DNA of 64,000 bases. Origin: the human T2T-CHM13v2.0 reference genome, Homo sapiens. The notes beneath the pieces are model-generated. The model did no database searches, was not told the origin of the DNA, and was given only the letters and a program-made list of their open reading frames with translations. A program made the position numbers and the translations under genes. Every line of letters begins with the position of its first letter. Position 1 is the stretch's first letter. Of this stretch, positions 51,608 to 64,000 are shown in pieces. The stretch lies in the NCBI RefSeq assembly GCF_009914755.1, contig NC_060926.1, one strand, 5' to 3'.

Positions 51608-51926
51608 CAGCAGTCCCCAACCTTTTTGGCACCAGAGACTGGTTTCATGGGAGATAATTTTTCCATGGACTACGTGGTGGGGTGGGGTAGGGAATGGTTT
51701 TGGGATGAAACTGTTCCACCTCAGATCATCAGGCATTAGATTCTCATAAGGAGTTTGCAACTTAGATCTCATGTGTGCAGTTTACAATACATTTCACACT
51801 CCTAGGAGAATATAATGCCATGCCTGATCTGACAGGAGGCAGAGCTCAGGTGGTAATGCTCACTCACCTGCTGCTCACCTCCTGCTGTGCAGTACTGGTC
51901 TGTGGCCTGGGGTTTGGGGACCCCCA
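51608..51926. mobile_element. MER1B hAT-Charlie fossil
   Basis: cagcagtccccaacctttttggcacc...gtttggggaccccc; 8-bp TSD atatagga / gtatggga. Confidence 0.88.
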
Positions 51927-52082
51927 GTATGGGAGAACTGGCTTCAAGATCAAGCTATGGGGCTCTAAATGATCTTGAGATTTTGTGACATTGTGTCACA
52001 AAATGTTTCCATGTAAATTTACATGGAAACATTTACATCACAGGATAAAAGAATAGTAAATGATGATATGATTAAATGAAAA

Positions 52083-52493
52083 TGTCTTAGTCCATTTAGA
52101 ATTGCTATTAAAGAATAGCTAAGGCTGGGTAATTAGCAAAGAAAAGACTTTTTTTGACTCATGGTTCTGGAGGTTGTACAAGAAGCATGGTACCAACATC
52201 TGCTTCTGGTGAGGGCTTCAGGCTGCTTCCACTCCTGGCAGAAAGTGAAGGGGAGCTGGCATGTGCACAAATCACATGGCAAGAGAGAGAAAAAAAGATA
52301 CGAGGCTCTTTTTAACAACCAGGTCTCTTGGGAATGAAGAGAGTAAGAACTCATTACCATGAGGGTATCACCAAGCCATTCATGAGAGATCCACCCCCAA
52401 GACCCAGACATCTCCCTTTAGGCTCCACCCCTAACACTGAGGATCAAACTTCAACAGGAGATTTGCAAGGGTCAAACAAGCCAAACTATAGTA
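52083..52493 (-). mobile_element. MSTB-like solo LTR
   Basis: tgtcttagtcc...aagaagcatggtaccaacatctgcttctggtgaggg...ccaaactatag. Confidence 0.85.
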
Positions 52494-53136
52494 GTGGGTA
52501 AAGAACCGATTTAAAAAGGATCAATGTACAAAAACAAATGTTAGTTACTGACTATGTAGCTGCTGTCTCTGACCATCACAATTGATATGGCCAAAAGAGC
52601 AACAAATGTTGAAAAGCAATGAAAATTAAAATAAATAAACATATCAAAATATCATACTAGAAGAAATAGGTTTTATTTATAACAAAAGTAGTAAAGCAGA
52701 AGAATGATTTAATATGATATATAGCCCCTTTTATTTTGTCCTTATTTTCTCCTTCTCTCATTTCATTACTATGCAATCATTCAACTTTGTAATTTAGATA
52801 TTATACACTGCTTATCCAAGCATGATTTTTGAAGTCCCTCAACTCCAAATTTCAGTTAAATTATACTTAGTTTGATTGCATATTGGCTGCTAAGAAAATA
52901 GATACAAATGTGATACCCACACTGACTCTAATGAAATTCACATATTTATCGGATATTGAGATTCTTTACCTATCTTTAAGTAGTGTTTTTGAAATTAAAT
53001 TCATTCCTAGACCTTCCTGACTGCTTCTGTTCTGTTATAATGGTTCTCTTCCCTTTAAGTCTGCAGTAGCCCTATTATTGATGCAAAAATTCTGTAACCC
53101 CTGGATATTGATCACTGTTATTTTGCATTGCATTGC

Positions 53137-53444
53137 ATTTATTTATTTATTTATTTATGGAGACAGAGTCTCGCTTTATCACCCAGGCTGGAGTGCAATG
53201 GCATGATCAATCTCAACTCACTGCAACCTCCACCTCCCGGGTTCAAGCGATTCTCCTGCCTCAGCCTCCTGAGTAGCTGAGATTTTAGGCGTCCGCCACC
53301 AAGCCCAGCTAGTTTTTGTATTTTCAGTACAGATAGGGTTTCACTGTGTTGGTCAGGCTGGTCTTGAACTCCTGACCTCAGGTAATCCACCTGCCTCGGC
53401 CTCCCAAAGTGCTGGGATTATAGGCTTGAGCCACCGCCCGCAGC
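53137..53444 (-). mobile_element. AluS (Sq/Sp-like) with (TTTA)n tail
   Basis: Full dimer; TSD tttgcattgc on both sides. Confidence 0.93.
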
Positions 53445-53829
53445 TTTGCATTGCTTTTATATTTCACTCACCCTTTCCTGGTTAGATATTTTTGAGGCTT
53501 TAGTTTTTTGTATTTTTTTTTCCTTCTTAGGTTTTACACTTGGGATGTCATAATGAGCCTCAGGCCTACAACATAGTGGGCTATAACTATGCTGGCCATC
53601 ATTATTTTTAAGGCTTTGAAGTCTCTGATGGATAAAAAAGCCTTGCAACAAGTTTGGTTTGGGGTTTTATTCTGTATCTTTGTTTATGTTGGATCAGATC
53701 TTGTGGCTCTCTTAAATGTCTAATTTTGCATCATCAACTGAATTATTTCATAAAGTAATATGAACCTACCATTAGAAGGGTGGATATAATTTAATCTCCT
53801 TTCTTGTATTAAAATAATAATAAAACTAC

Positions 53830-54110
53830 CACTTAACATTCATATCACATATTGCAAATTACAGTATCTTCTATGTACCGTATTATCTTTTATTTCAGTT
53901 TCAAAAAATGCCATGAAGCAAGAGGGGGAGTTATTGTTAGCCTTTCTTTGTCTAATTTCATTGGTAAAAACACTAAAACCCAGAGATGTAAATTGATATG
54001 CTCAAAGTCAGCCAGCCAAGAAGCAGCAGAGACAGAACTTCAGCTCAAGAGTTTTAGCCTCTGGCCTCCTACTCTTTTTCTACAACATTCGTCCTCCTGG
54101 ATACCAGCCC
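53830..54110 (-). mobile_element. MIR (another fragment at ~54760-54900)
   Basis: ggtaaaaacactaaaacccagagatgtaaattgatatgctcaaagtca...gcagcagagacagaactt. Confidence 0.55.
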
Positions 54111-54999
54111 TATAATCCTTTGAGAAACACTTATCTATGCTACCGTCAGCTTCTACCCATATTACTCTGGCTTAGATTTTTACAGTCGAGAAATAGAAAG
54201 AATTGAAAAATATGATGATTGAACCAGCCTGAGTTCATCGGCTGGGATTATGGCGTTTGAATAAATCAAAGCCTTTCGGCAGGGGATTAGGGAAACTTGA
54301 ACAGCCTCAAGTTTCTCAGAGAAAAGAGAATAAACAAATTAAACAAACACTCTCATCATGCAAAATCCCTTTTGATAATGTTCCACATTATTCAATCCTT
54401 ATATTTAAATACTTAGAATCCTATATTCAAACCACACTTATTCAAATCCTATATTCTTTGTCAAGTTATCTGAGAGGTATGGCTGGAAGGACATTTGAGG
54501 TCAAATAAATTAATGAAAACTACCCACTGTGAGGCAATTTCAAAATTCTATTTGTCAGTAACTGCAGATTTTAAAATTAGTTAATTATTTAATCCATTTG
54601 TAGCCATAACAGGAATTGTAGAACTAGAAAAGTGTGTGCATTGTGGGGTGGGGGGATGTTGAGGATATGAGTCTTAAATCAAGAAATCAAAAGAGTTGCA
54701 CTTGCAGCTGGCACCACTCCGGAGACATTATAAAATTATCCTTTAAGATTGCTCATTCTAACATTTGCATTGCACTTAAAACCAAAGACTGCAGAGGTAA
54801 AAGTCTACAGAGAAAAATTGAAGGAATGCCACTGACAGAATTAGGACTGGAATTCAGGTATTCTGACTTCCATTCCTTACTTTTTCTATATTATACTGCC
54901 TTGATATGTTATGCCTTCAGAAAATTCTCCAAAAACAATAGAACACATACTACTGCTAACCTATAGCACCCAATGGATAAATAAATTCAAGAAATCATA

Positions 55000-55534
55000 T
55001 ATTGAGTGATATGTAAATAGATGGGAAGACTACTCAAATGAAAATAAGCAAAAGCTATTTATTCAGAGCTTGCTATACCAAGGAAGTCAGCCTTCATCAC
55101 TTGCATTTTGGTAGGGATTCAAAGACAAGCAAAGGAGTGATAAAGCTTTAGAGTAAAAAAATGAAGAGGTTTTTAGGTGTGTTTGGCTGATATTGACATG
55201 GGAAATCTGTAGACAGGCTAACTAGAAGTAAGGACATACTATGTTATTAGTTAGGCATGCATATTTTCCTTTCTCCAATTGGTCCTAACTTGGAAGTGGG
55301 GCAATTATTGGAGAAATTGTCAGTTATTAATCAAATACTGGCCATTTGGGGCTAATTGCTGTATAGGTTATTTTTTGGCTTCATGGACTGGTTGCCACAG
55401 ATAGTATTCTGACTTTCTGCTATGGTTACTGTAAACAATAGTTTGCTTTTTTGTGTTGACTGCTACAGGTCATGAGTCAGATTTCCATTTCGTATATAGT
55501 CTGACAATTGACCATTTGTATATTTAGTCTCTCA
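55000..55534 (-). mobile_element. 3' LTR of the ERV1 provirus
   Basis: Reverse complement starts TGAGAGACTAAATATACAAATGG after a purine-rich tract; GCAAGCTCTGAATAAATAGC shared with the LTR at 39722-40193. Confidence 0.75.
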
Positions 55535-57778
55535 GTCCACTTTTTAAATCAATCTCTCCCTTGTGAGAGATTGACCAGTTCTGAGAATGCTTCAGATCCG
55601 TATATTCACCACTCAGAGATTGTTTAGTAATCCTCATAGTCAATTGCATTGTAAGATTGTTTGACCTTTTTCTTGTTGCATCATCATGGTGAGTATCTCA
55701 TGAAACAGTAGTTGTGTATAAGCATTTAAATCTCTGGATAGAATTCTGAGGACCAGCATCACAAACACTATAACAGAACCAAAAACAATTAATAGTCCTT
55801 GTAAGGTGTTTTTAACTCTATTTGCCCAACACAGGCCAAACAAACAAATGCCATGGGCCATAGGATCAAACTTTAAAAGCAAAATAGCTTTTTTTTTTCC
55901 TTAAGGAATATTCACCCTATTTCATCTTGCATATTTCATTGATCTAAGTACAGCAAGAAGTAAGGCAATAGAACAAATGCTGTGATGATAAGCCAACAAG
56001 AATTTTAGAGCAATGCACTTGTCCATCACTATTTGTGCCAATGAGTTGAGACTAATCTATATTCCATCTAGGGTAGAGGTGGTGTTACTAATAACTTTTG
56101 CCAGAATTAGTTTTATGTTTCTTACAGTCTTTTCTATTTGTGATTCCCACCAATTTGAATACTACTCTGATTGTTTATATAAATAATGAGTCATTAGGTC
56201 CACCAGGTAGTGCGTTTGAATAATCAAAAATAGAAGCATTTTGGATTACTATTAATTTATGGAATTAAGATTAGAGTCTCTGTGTACAGACAAATCTCAG
56301 GATACTCCTATGTATTCCTAAAATATATGAGCTATTAGTCTGATGCAAGCAGGATCAGGTATCCTGGTCATAAAGAAAACAGTGTTCAGTGGGGGCACAT
56401 GGAGATCCAGAAAAAAATAAGTTGTTTATACCACGGGGTCAGCACTTTAGCTTTACATTATTTGGGTTACATATTTGGATCTCTATTAGTCTCTTCTAGG
56501 TGTTATTTGGCCCAACACAATATGAAGGTTGATGAATTGAAGCTTAGAAACATAGAGTCTGATCAATAGATTGTAATAATTTATTCTTTTCCCAGAGGAG
56601 AAGGACACTATTAGAGTTCTATGTTGGTTTCTGTAAGGTCAGTTGCCCACATATGTGCAAATGGAAATGCTATCAACTACAGTCCTCTGTGGTTTCAACT
56701 GATAAGACTGGAATTGTTCAGGGGTTTTTATTATAGAGGTCCAGTGACAGATGGTATGTCTAGCAGTCCATAGACTGACAAAAGTGACAATTGTTTAGGA
56801 CAACATAAAGAGGCATTAGAATGAGTATGTTCTGACCTAACAGGTTTAATAAGGAGGGAAAGAATGCCATTATGAGTGCACAATAGCAAGGGATCTATAG
56901 AAAGTGAGAAGAATAATTATTACAAGCAAACAGGTGAAAAATAAAATAAATAACCAGGAATTAGATAGGGGTCTTGGTCTGACATACTGGGTGGAAGCTC
57001 AGATCAGATGCTTCTGGGAGATCCCTGAGAATCTTCAGTGTGAAGTTCTCTATTTGAATAGCCTTCCAATTGTATGGAATTCTAAATTGTTTCATTAAGT
57101 TGTAAAACATGAATCCAAGGGTTGACTCCTCAGAGTTTCAGTGTTGTATGTGTTATTAATAATACCTGGTAAAGTTCCTTCCAATGAAGTTCAAGAACAG
57201 TTTTTCTGTAATGTCTCTTCCAAGAGACAAAGTTGAATATCACAAAGAGGCTGTTTAGAAATATGTTGTAGGAAGGTGGTTTTAACCTGGCAAAATTTTG
57301 CTATCTCTGCATGAAGTAGGGCAGAGTTTAGGGCCAGAGTTTAAATTTCTAGACATGTGAACCTTCATATTACCAATTCATAGAGGAATAACTAGTTTGT
57401 CCTCAAGAGAATAAACCAAATGCCCATAGGACTAGTGGGGGAAGCTTTTGGACAAGTGAGCTCAAGGCTTCCTAAAAGTTTTGCTAATTTTAATTTAAGA
57501 ATCCGATTGGTCCTTTGAAACTTTTGAGGATTAGAGTATAAGGAAAGTGTGGTTTTTGATTAAGGGATAACACCTGACAGAATTCTTTTATAATGGTCAT
57601 TTTAAAGAGTGAACCTCACTTACTGTAAAAGTTTAGGTGTCCTAGGTTGCAAGCACAAAGCCAGACAGTTTTTTAAGTGTCTATATGTGTTGCGGCTTTT
57701 TTCCAATACAGTATTTTGACCCATCCTGAAAATAGACATACAATAACTAAAAAATATTCAAATCCAATAAAGGGTGGA

Positions 57779-58727
57779 TGTAATGGTTAATTTTATGTGT
57801 AAACTGATTGAGATAAGAGGTGCCCAGATAGGCAGTAAAACATTTTAGGGTGTATCTATGATGGTGTTTTTAGAAAATATTAACATTTAAATCAGTAGAC
57901 TGAAGAAAGAAGATCTGCCCTGACCAAAGTGGGTGGGCATCATCCAATCTGTTAAGGACATGACCAAAGACAATGAAGTGGCAGAAGAAGAATACACTTG
58001 CTTTCTCTTCTTGAGCTGGGACATCCATCTCCTCCTGAGCTGGGACATCCATCTCCTCCTGCCTTTGGACAACAGGGCTTCTGGTTCTTGGGCCTTTGAA
58101 CTTCAGGACTTTCACCAACAGATCTCCTGATTCTCAGCCCTTTGGCCTGGAAATTACAGCATCAACTGCCTTGGTTCTCAGGTCTTCAGACATGGGCCGA
58201 ATTATGCAAGTGACTTCCCTGGTTCTGCAGCTTGCAGACCACATATCATGGGACGTTTTTGGTCTGCATAATTGGGGGCAATAATATCATAAATATCTCA
58301 GCTTTGTTCTAAAGATTTTTTTAAAGTGCTTACTTAGTGTGTAGCATGCATTAAGTAATCGTTAAATGTTTACTACTGGATATGAAAGGTCCTGGAGACT
58401 TGTCAAAAAGTCAGAAATAAAGGGAACTGGGACACATATTGAGCACACATTATATGATAAACTCCTGGCTTATCAATTCTCAAAAAAATGTTAAAAGAGA
58501 AAAACAGGGTCAAAAATGAAATGGTGAGCAACCGGTCTGTATTCCACACCGACTGTAACATTGATTCCTTTCATTCTAAGGATCTAGGTAAGAAAAAGTT
58601 ATTTTGGAGAATACTCACATAGTCCTATCCTGGTAATTGTGTGAGCCAATTCACATTAAAAATTTCCTCTTATATATCAATAAATATCCTGTTGATTCTG
58701 TTTTTCTGGTGAACCCTGACTAATACA
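57779..58727 (+). mobile_element. MLT2 (ERVL) solo LTR inside the ERV1 integrase, carrying extra internal DNA
   Basis: tgtaatggttaattttatgtgt...gaaccctgactaataca. Confidence 0.85.
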
Positions 58728-59998
58728 GTTGGTGTTGAATAAAATTAATAGGATGGATTTCAAAGGGTTCTTGGGCCCCAGTTCCTGGCCATGTCCCACT
58801 TTCAGTTTTTTCAAAATTATGTTCTTGACAGGTGACATATGACCCTAAAATAATCTCAGCATCGTTTTTAAAGTTTCCCTATCAAATTTGATTTAAGATA
58901 CTAATCAAATTGTCTATTCCATGATGAGTAATTTCATGGAGAAACTTAACTTATATTGACTTGCATCATATTGTGCCACCAAGCAGGTATTTTGAGTGAA
59001 GCATTCAGCCTCTTCAAAACTAAATGTTAATGCTTAAGAATAGCCTCTTTAAGTCCCTCCAGATTTATCCTTGGGGGCTTATATTGGATTATAATTTTTG
59101 TTAAAGTGACTTTTTTGGCATAATGATATGATGAAGAATGTCCTTTAGTTTCCATGTTGTCTGTTTTCACATGAACCTCAACCTTTATAATAGCTGCTTC
59201 CCTAAAAGCAGCAGTGCATCAAAATGTCCCTTATCTTCTCCATTTTTAATGTGGGTTTCAACAGAAGTGAGAAATCCCCTTTGTTTACAAAAAAAAAAAT
59301 CCCAAAGTTATGTACTACTCAAAAAGCACAACTGCTATCTGTGTGTATGTTTACTCTCTAGTCTTTGGCTAGTTGACAAGATTTAGTGAATGTAATAACC
59401 TCTGCCACTTTGAGTCATTTTACCGCAGGTAGAAGATTATTGTAAAAGAGAGCTCAGGTTTGTCATAGCATATACTGCTTGATTATCTCCAGTTTCAGAT
59501 TTAAAATATGATCTATCAATAATATTAGATCAGGGTTTCATTAGGAGCCTTTAAGAAGGGAGAGTAAGGCACAGAGCATTCCCCAACTAAGACAATCATG
59601 AGGCTTTCCTTATTCTGGCATGGGCAGGAAAGTGGCAGGATTCAGGATTTTGTAAGGGTGAATAGTAATGTGAGAGGAGGTGAGTAATAGAATCTCATAA
59701 GAGATTAATTGGTTGGCTGAAAATATTTGTGTTTTCTAAATCAACAGTAATGTCTGAACTGCATGAGAATCCATGAGGTCAAGTGGGAAGCCTAGAAATA
59801 GGTCATCAGGATTATTAATACATTTTGCAGAGGCAGCTGTTGCCCTAAGACAAGACGGATAATCCTTTGCAACTGCATCAGAGGCAGGCTATATTAAGTG
59901 ATGGATTTTTGATGATTCCCATAAAATTGAGTGAAAATCTCAAGGGCTTGTGTAAGTCACTTATGCACTAACAGACAGCTCTTTGTAGTTAGGAATGC

Positions 59999-62558
59999 TG
60001 TGATGGTTAATTTTACATGCCAACTTAAAAACGTATGTGCCATGAGGTACCCAGGTATTTGATCAAATATTGTTCTGGGTATTTCTGTGAGGGTGTGCAT
60101 TAGTCTGTTCTCATGCTGCTAATAAAGACATACCCAAGACTGGGTAATTTATAAAGAAAAAAGGCTTAATTGACTCACAATTCCACATGGCTAGGGAGTC
60201 CTCACAATCATGGCAGAAGACAAATGAGGAGAAAAGTCATATCTTACATGATAGGCAGGGAGCTTGTGCAGGGGGACTCCTATTGATAAAACCATCAGTT
60301 CTCACGAGATTTATTCAATACCATGAGAACAGTATGTGGAAAACCACCCCCATGATTCAGTTGTCTCTGACTGACTCTGCCCTTGACGCTTGGGGATTAT
60401 TACAATTTAAGGTGAGATTTGGGTGGGAACACAGCCAAACCATATCATTTCACCCATTTCTCCTCCCAAATCTCATATCCTCCCATTTGAAAACCAATCA
60501 TGCCTTCCCTATAGTCCATCAAAGTCTTATTTCAGCATTAACTCAAAAGTCCACAGTCCAAAGTCTCATCTGTGACAAGGCAAGCCCCTTCCTCCTATAA
60601 ACCTGTAAAATCAAAAGCAAGTTAATTACTTCCTAGATACAATGGGGGTACAGGCATTGGGTAAATACACCTGTTTCAAATGGGAGAGAGTGGCCAAAAC
60701 AAAGGGGCTACAGGCTTTATGCACGTCCAAAGTCCAATGGGGCAGTCAAATTTTAAAGCTATGAAATGATCTCCTTTGACTCTATGTGTCACGTGAGGTC
60801 ATTCTGATGCAAGAGGTGGGTTCCCATGGTCTTAGGCAGTTTTACCCCTGTGGCTTTGCAGGGTAAAGCCTCCCTTCTGGCTGTTTTCATGGGCTTGCAT
60901 TGAGTGCAGCTTTTCCAGGTGCATGGTGCAAGCTGTTGGCAGATATACCATTCTGGGGTCTGGAGGACAGTGCCCCTCTTCTCACAGCTACAGTAGGCAG
61001 TGCCCCAGTAGGGACTCCTTGTGGGGGCTCCCACCACACATTTCCCTTCTGCACTGCCTTAGCAGAGGTTCTCCATGAGGGCTCCATCCCACAGCACACC
61101 TATGCCTGGACATCCAGGCATTTCCATACATCCTCTGAAATCTAGGCGGAGGTTCCCAAACATCGATTCTTGACTTGTGTACATGCACAGGCTCAACACC
61201 ACATATAAGCCATCAAGGTTGGGGCATGCACCCTCTGAAGCAACAGCCTGAACTGTATATTGGTCCCTTTTAGCTATAACTATAATGCAGTGCACCAAGT
61301 CCCGAGACTGCACCAAGTCCCGAGACTGCACCAAGTCCTGAGACTGCACAAAGCAGCAAGGCCCTGGGTCTGGCCCACAAAACCATTTTTTCCCTTCTAG
61401 GCTTCTTGGTCTGTGATTGGAGGGGCTGTCGTGAAGGTCTCTGACATGCCCTGGAGACATTTTCACCATTGTCTTTGTGATTAACATTTGGCTCCTCATT
61501 ACCTATGCAAATTTCTACAGTCAGCATGAATTTCTCCCCAGAAAATGGGGTTTTCCTTTCTATCACATTGTCAGGTTACAAATTTTCCAAAGTTTAATGC
61601 TCTGCTTCTTCTTGAACACTACACTTCACCACTTAGAAATTTTTTCTCCCAGATACCCTAAATCATCTCTCTCAAGTTCAAAGTTCCACATATCTCTAGG
61701 GCAGGGGCAATATGCTTCCAGGCTCTTTACATAGCAAGAGTGACCTTTATTCCAGTTCCCAACAAGTTCTTCATCTCTATCTGAGACCACCTCAGCTTGG
61801 ACCTCATTCCATATCACTCAGTATTTTGGTCAAAGCCATTCAACAAGTCTCTAGGAAGTCCCAAACCTTCCCACATTTTCCTGTCTTCTTCTGAGCCCTC
61901 CAAACTTCAAACCTCTGCTTGTTACCCAGTTCCAAAGTCGCTTCCACATTTTCAGGTATCTTTACAGCAGCATCCCACAACCCAGTACAAATTTATTGTA
62001 TGAGTCTGTTCTAATGCTTCTAAGAAAGAGAACAATCTGGGGGAAACTGCCTCCATGATTCGATTATCTCCAACTGGCCCTGTCTTTGACACATAAGGAT
62101 TATTATAATTCAATGTAGGATTTGGGTGGGGACACAGCCAAACCATATCAAGGTGCTTTTGGATAAGACTGACATTTAAATTAGTAGAGTGAGTAAAGCA
62201 GATTATTCTCCATAATGTGGGTAAGCTTCATCCAATCACTTGAAGTCCTGAACAAAGCAAAAGACTGATCCTCTGCCAGGTAACATAGAATTATCCTGTA
62301 TGACATTCTTCAAACTGGAACATCACCTCTTTCTGCCTGATAGCCTTCACAGTGAGACATTGGCTTTTCCTATTCTGCAACAGTTTCAGACTTTGGACTC
62401 AAAATTGGACATCACTTCTATAGATGTTAGGCTTGCCAGACCTCCTCCATAATCATGTAAGTTAATTCCTTATAATAAATAAGTCTCTCTCCCTCTCTTC
62501 CATATATATGCCATATATACTATTAGTTCTATTTTTCTGGAGAATTCTAACTAAAACA
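59999..62558 (+). mobile_element. MLT2 solo LTR inside ERV1 pol, split by THE1C
   Basis: tgtgatggttaatttt...ctaactaaaaca; 5-bp TSD aatgc / gatgc. Confidence 0.85.
60096..62150 (-). mobile_element. THE1C-like two-LTR element (3' LTR 60096-60447; 5' LTR 61997-62150 with ~200-bp deletion)
   Basis: Both LTRs end cagccaaaccatatca; MaLR internal peptides; 5-bp TSD gggtg / aggtg. Confidence 0.92.
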
Positions 62559-64000
62559 GATGCCTAAGGAAGGGAGGCTATTGAATTCCTACTTTAGATT
62601 ACAGAGGCATGTTTACCTTTGGTATCCCAGAGCAGGGGGTGTCTTTCTGCAGACTTATTCAATTCATAAAGAAGTGTTGTAATCAGAAAAAAATTGGTTG
62701 CCATGGTCTGCAGTATCCAGTTAAACCCAGGAGTCTTCTTAATTATCATTTCACATGGGATGTAAAATAAGTTTGGATAGTCTTTAATCTATCAGAAGAG
62801 GTCATTTTCCCTCTTAGATACATCATGTACTAAACAATATGTTCTCATGGTTGCAATTTATCTTTGAAATTATATGTCTTTTTTTCTGCTACTGCTGAGG
62901 GCCAGTAAATGGAATCATTTTGCAGGCTTCCTTGTTCTCTCAGTAAAATAGGAGATGATATACAAATTGTAGCAGAACTAAATCACAATACAAATATATT
63001 TATTGTCTTTTTTACACTCCAATATTATTATCCCAACAACAGAAATTTAGAACTTTAATAATTGATTGAGGGTCTAGGAAATGTAAAGGAGGCTTCAGTG
63101 AACCTCTGTGACATCATTATTTGGGTATACTGCTGTCCCTCCCAAGTGATAGCAAAAGATATTGCTTCTCTGGTCTAGACACATACTGAAAAAAGACAAA
63201 GCAAAGACCCATGAGAGTGAAGCCAATGGCTTCAGGAGGAATTGATGACAGGGTGATGTTGGGGTTAGTTACTACCAGGAAGTGAATTTGTTGATGGCCC
63301 TTAGGTCTTAAACAAATCTATTTTGTTTCTTTATCATAGGATTGGAATGCTATGAGTACTAGTGAAGGCTACAAGATGACCCTTGGATATAAGTTTTTCA
63401 ACTATAGGTTTGAGTGTCTCCTTTTCTTCAGGCTTCAAAGAATACTGAACATTTTGGGTAAAAATTTGGAAGGAGCTATCAATAGATTTTGCTCCAAACA
63501 TTTTACCTATGTCAGTGGAGTTTTTAGCCCCTAGAGTATCATGTACAGTGCCAAGATCCTTACCTGGGGTTTGCATCTAATATGGTGGAGAGGGCAAAGT
63601 CAAATCCTGAGCAGACACAACTTAATTATGAGCAGAGTAGTTTTCTGGAACCTCAGAAAGTAGTCCCTCAGGTATACATTTAAAATTACAAATCCATTTT
63701 CCAAGGGAGTGTCTCTCTGTTGAATTTAAAGAAGTAGTATTGCAGAGCAGAAAATAATGTGTTTCAGTAAGGAATGAAAGGGCTGTGTCTAAGAAATGGA
63801 AGACAGAGAAAAAAATCCATGTATTATATTAAATACAGACAAACTGTGTGGTAAATTTACTACAAGAAAGAAGTTGAGCAAAGTTGGCAAGATTTAATAC
63901 AGAAAGAATAGCACTTATATCTGCCAGCAACTGATAAGGGTAAACATCCATATTTAACGTTAATTCACCTTGAGTATTTAAGGGTATGGCAGTATATTGG

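Larger units (their letters stand above)
55000..64000 (-). mobile_element. Ancient class I (ERV1; MER89/MER4-group-like) provirus: pro-pol-env-3'LTR, continuing past the window end
   Basis: Minus strand: RT N-terminus QYSLKPE...IPIL (63334-63576), WEGQQYT..MSQRFTEA (~63080-63145), IN HEITH and IVCLFSGWV, env ISD-like SLNSLAQIVMDKCIALKFLLA followed by a frameshifted C..SCCT motif (~55940-56060), PPT and LTR ~55000-55534. Confidence 0.85.

Noticed and set aside
51674-51704. G-quadruplex candidate
   Set aside because: Only three close G3+ runs, and it is a normal G-rich part of MER1B.
53151-53390. Alu-derived ORFs (also 33900-34136, 43498-43728, 50010-50345)
   Set aside because: Standard Alu translation artefacts.

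Overview
This is AT-rich, transposon-saturated primate genomic DNA, most likely human or another catarrhine (AluY/S/J, L1PA, THE1, HERV-K). I see no host gene, RNA gene or CRISPR array; every sizeable ORF derives from a retroelement. Bases 1-5797 are the 3' two-thirds of a decayed betaretrovirus-like HERV-K provirus (dUTPase-pro, pol, env, LTR resembling LTR14C, i.e. HML-9/HERV-K14C) inserted into a THE1 element. The rest is nested L1s, MaLR/ERV LTRs, Alus, MIR/L2 and DNA-transposon fossils, ending in an old minus-strand ERV1 provirus (~55-64 kb) interrupted by two MLT2 LTRs and a THE1C. Best leads: (1) the provirus keeps HML-2-like rec splice signals and an 18-codon terminal exon ending NGP-stop; (2) an open Env TM ORF; (3) an L1PA7-like copy with a ~150-bp 3' transduction; (4) two twin-priming L1 inversions; (5) a truncated AluY with a target-site deletion; (6) a perfect 34-bp palindrome. 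I found no convincing wholly new biological system. Subfamily names come from recalled consensus sequences and need RepeatMasker/Dfam confirmation; boundaries of old elements are approximate.
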